NCBI GenBank assembly: GCA_951406725.2
Contig: OX597828.1
Location: forward strand, 52,576,001-52,640,000
Reading direction: 5' to 3'
DNA from: Octopus vulgaris
Taxonomy: Eukaryota
DNA: 64,000 nucleotides
Positions 63,206-64,000 of the stretch are shown here, piece by piece. The position numbers were made by a program, and so were the translations under genes. The first letter of the stretch is position 1; every line of letters begins with the position of its first letter. Below the pieces are notes generated by a model. The model saw only the letters and a program-made list of their open reading frames with translations. It was not told the origin of the DNA and made no database searches.

Positions 63206-64000
63206 TAGCGAAGATACGACCTTTTAGAAACATGTAAGGTAGGTAGTATTCAGAATAGCGGAAAGTACCTCAGGTAACTAACCTGGTGCGAGTGTTTCTT
63301 ATAGTGTAGACTCTACTAATTTCCCAAAGACCAAGTGAGGTGTTTCCAATGCGGTTTCCACAATTAGCTCCAAAGGAATAACATATTTTGTTAAACCGAA
63401 CGGTTTCCACTAAAGACCCCTAAGGACAAGGCTGTGGTTCGAAATTTAGGTACGGTTTCAGTCTACTGTCCCATGAATCATTTACCTGTCACTAAACAAT
63501 ACAAATATTTCCAGTCTTCAAATTATGTATGAAACAGTATTTACAACACACTAACTAGAATGAACTGCTGGTAGCAACTTATTTCTGCGAACTCCTTCAT
63601 TAATATTGTCTATGAAATAGAATAAATTTTATAAAATACCATGTTCTTGCGGTTAATTTTGTTTTCATTGTTTATCATTATATCAGTCCTGATCGAAGAG
63701 CAAAGATGTTCTAACATTGACCATACCATTAATTATATATATATACCTATGACGGGGTCTTTACCCTTTTACTTACGACTATATTGCCCTAAGAGTGAAT
63801 TCGATATTTTTTCACGACAGTATACTATTATTTGTAGGAGATTTGGAGGTTATTTCTAGCAAATCGAAGAATGTCATAAAGGTGTCACCGTTCGTGCGGC
63901 TTAAATCATTATATATTTTATTGTTTTAATTATTTACTAATTTATCGTAAATAAATTATGTAAAACACGTCAGTGCTGCGTTGGCAAATGGCGGAAAAGC

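Overview
Repeat-dominated, AT-rich, non-coding eukaryotic DNA. The dense (TA)n/(CA)n/(TATG)n microsatellites and the tRNA-derived SINE families resemble octopus (cephalopod) genomes; this is an inference from recalled repeat sequences. No host protein-coding gene can be supported, and nearly all ORF-track entries are translated microsatellites. Recognisable mobile DNA: four or five tRNA-derived SINE types, a Dong/R4-type LINE 3' end, a CR1/L2-type LINE 3' end, Tc1/mariner relics and several MITE-like or fold-back elements. There is also a ~4.3-kb (GGTTTGTGAT)n satellite with higher-order structure. The standout is 30731-33520, a (TA)n-flanked array of a near-identical ~595-bp ORF-less unit: ~2.9 copies head-to-tail, then ~1.8 copies inverted. 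Every unit carries an intact type I hammerhead ribozyme motif (stem I TCTACG/CGTAGA, core CTGAAGA...GAAA, GUC cleavage triplet) with an unusually long 69-nt stem II, giving a retrozyme / Penelope-pLTR-like architecture. Several unrelated, mostly degenerate hammerhead motifs lie elsewhere in the window. All folds were derived by eye and coordinates of degraded repeats are approximate.
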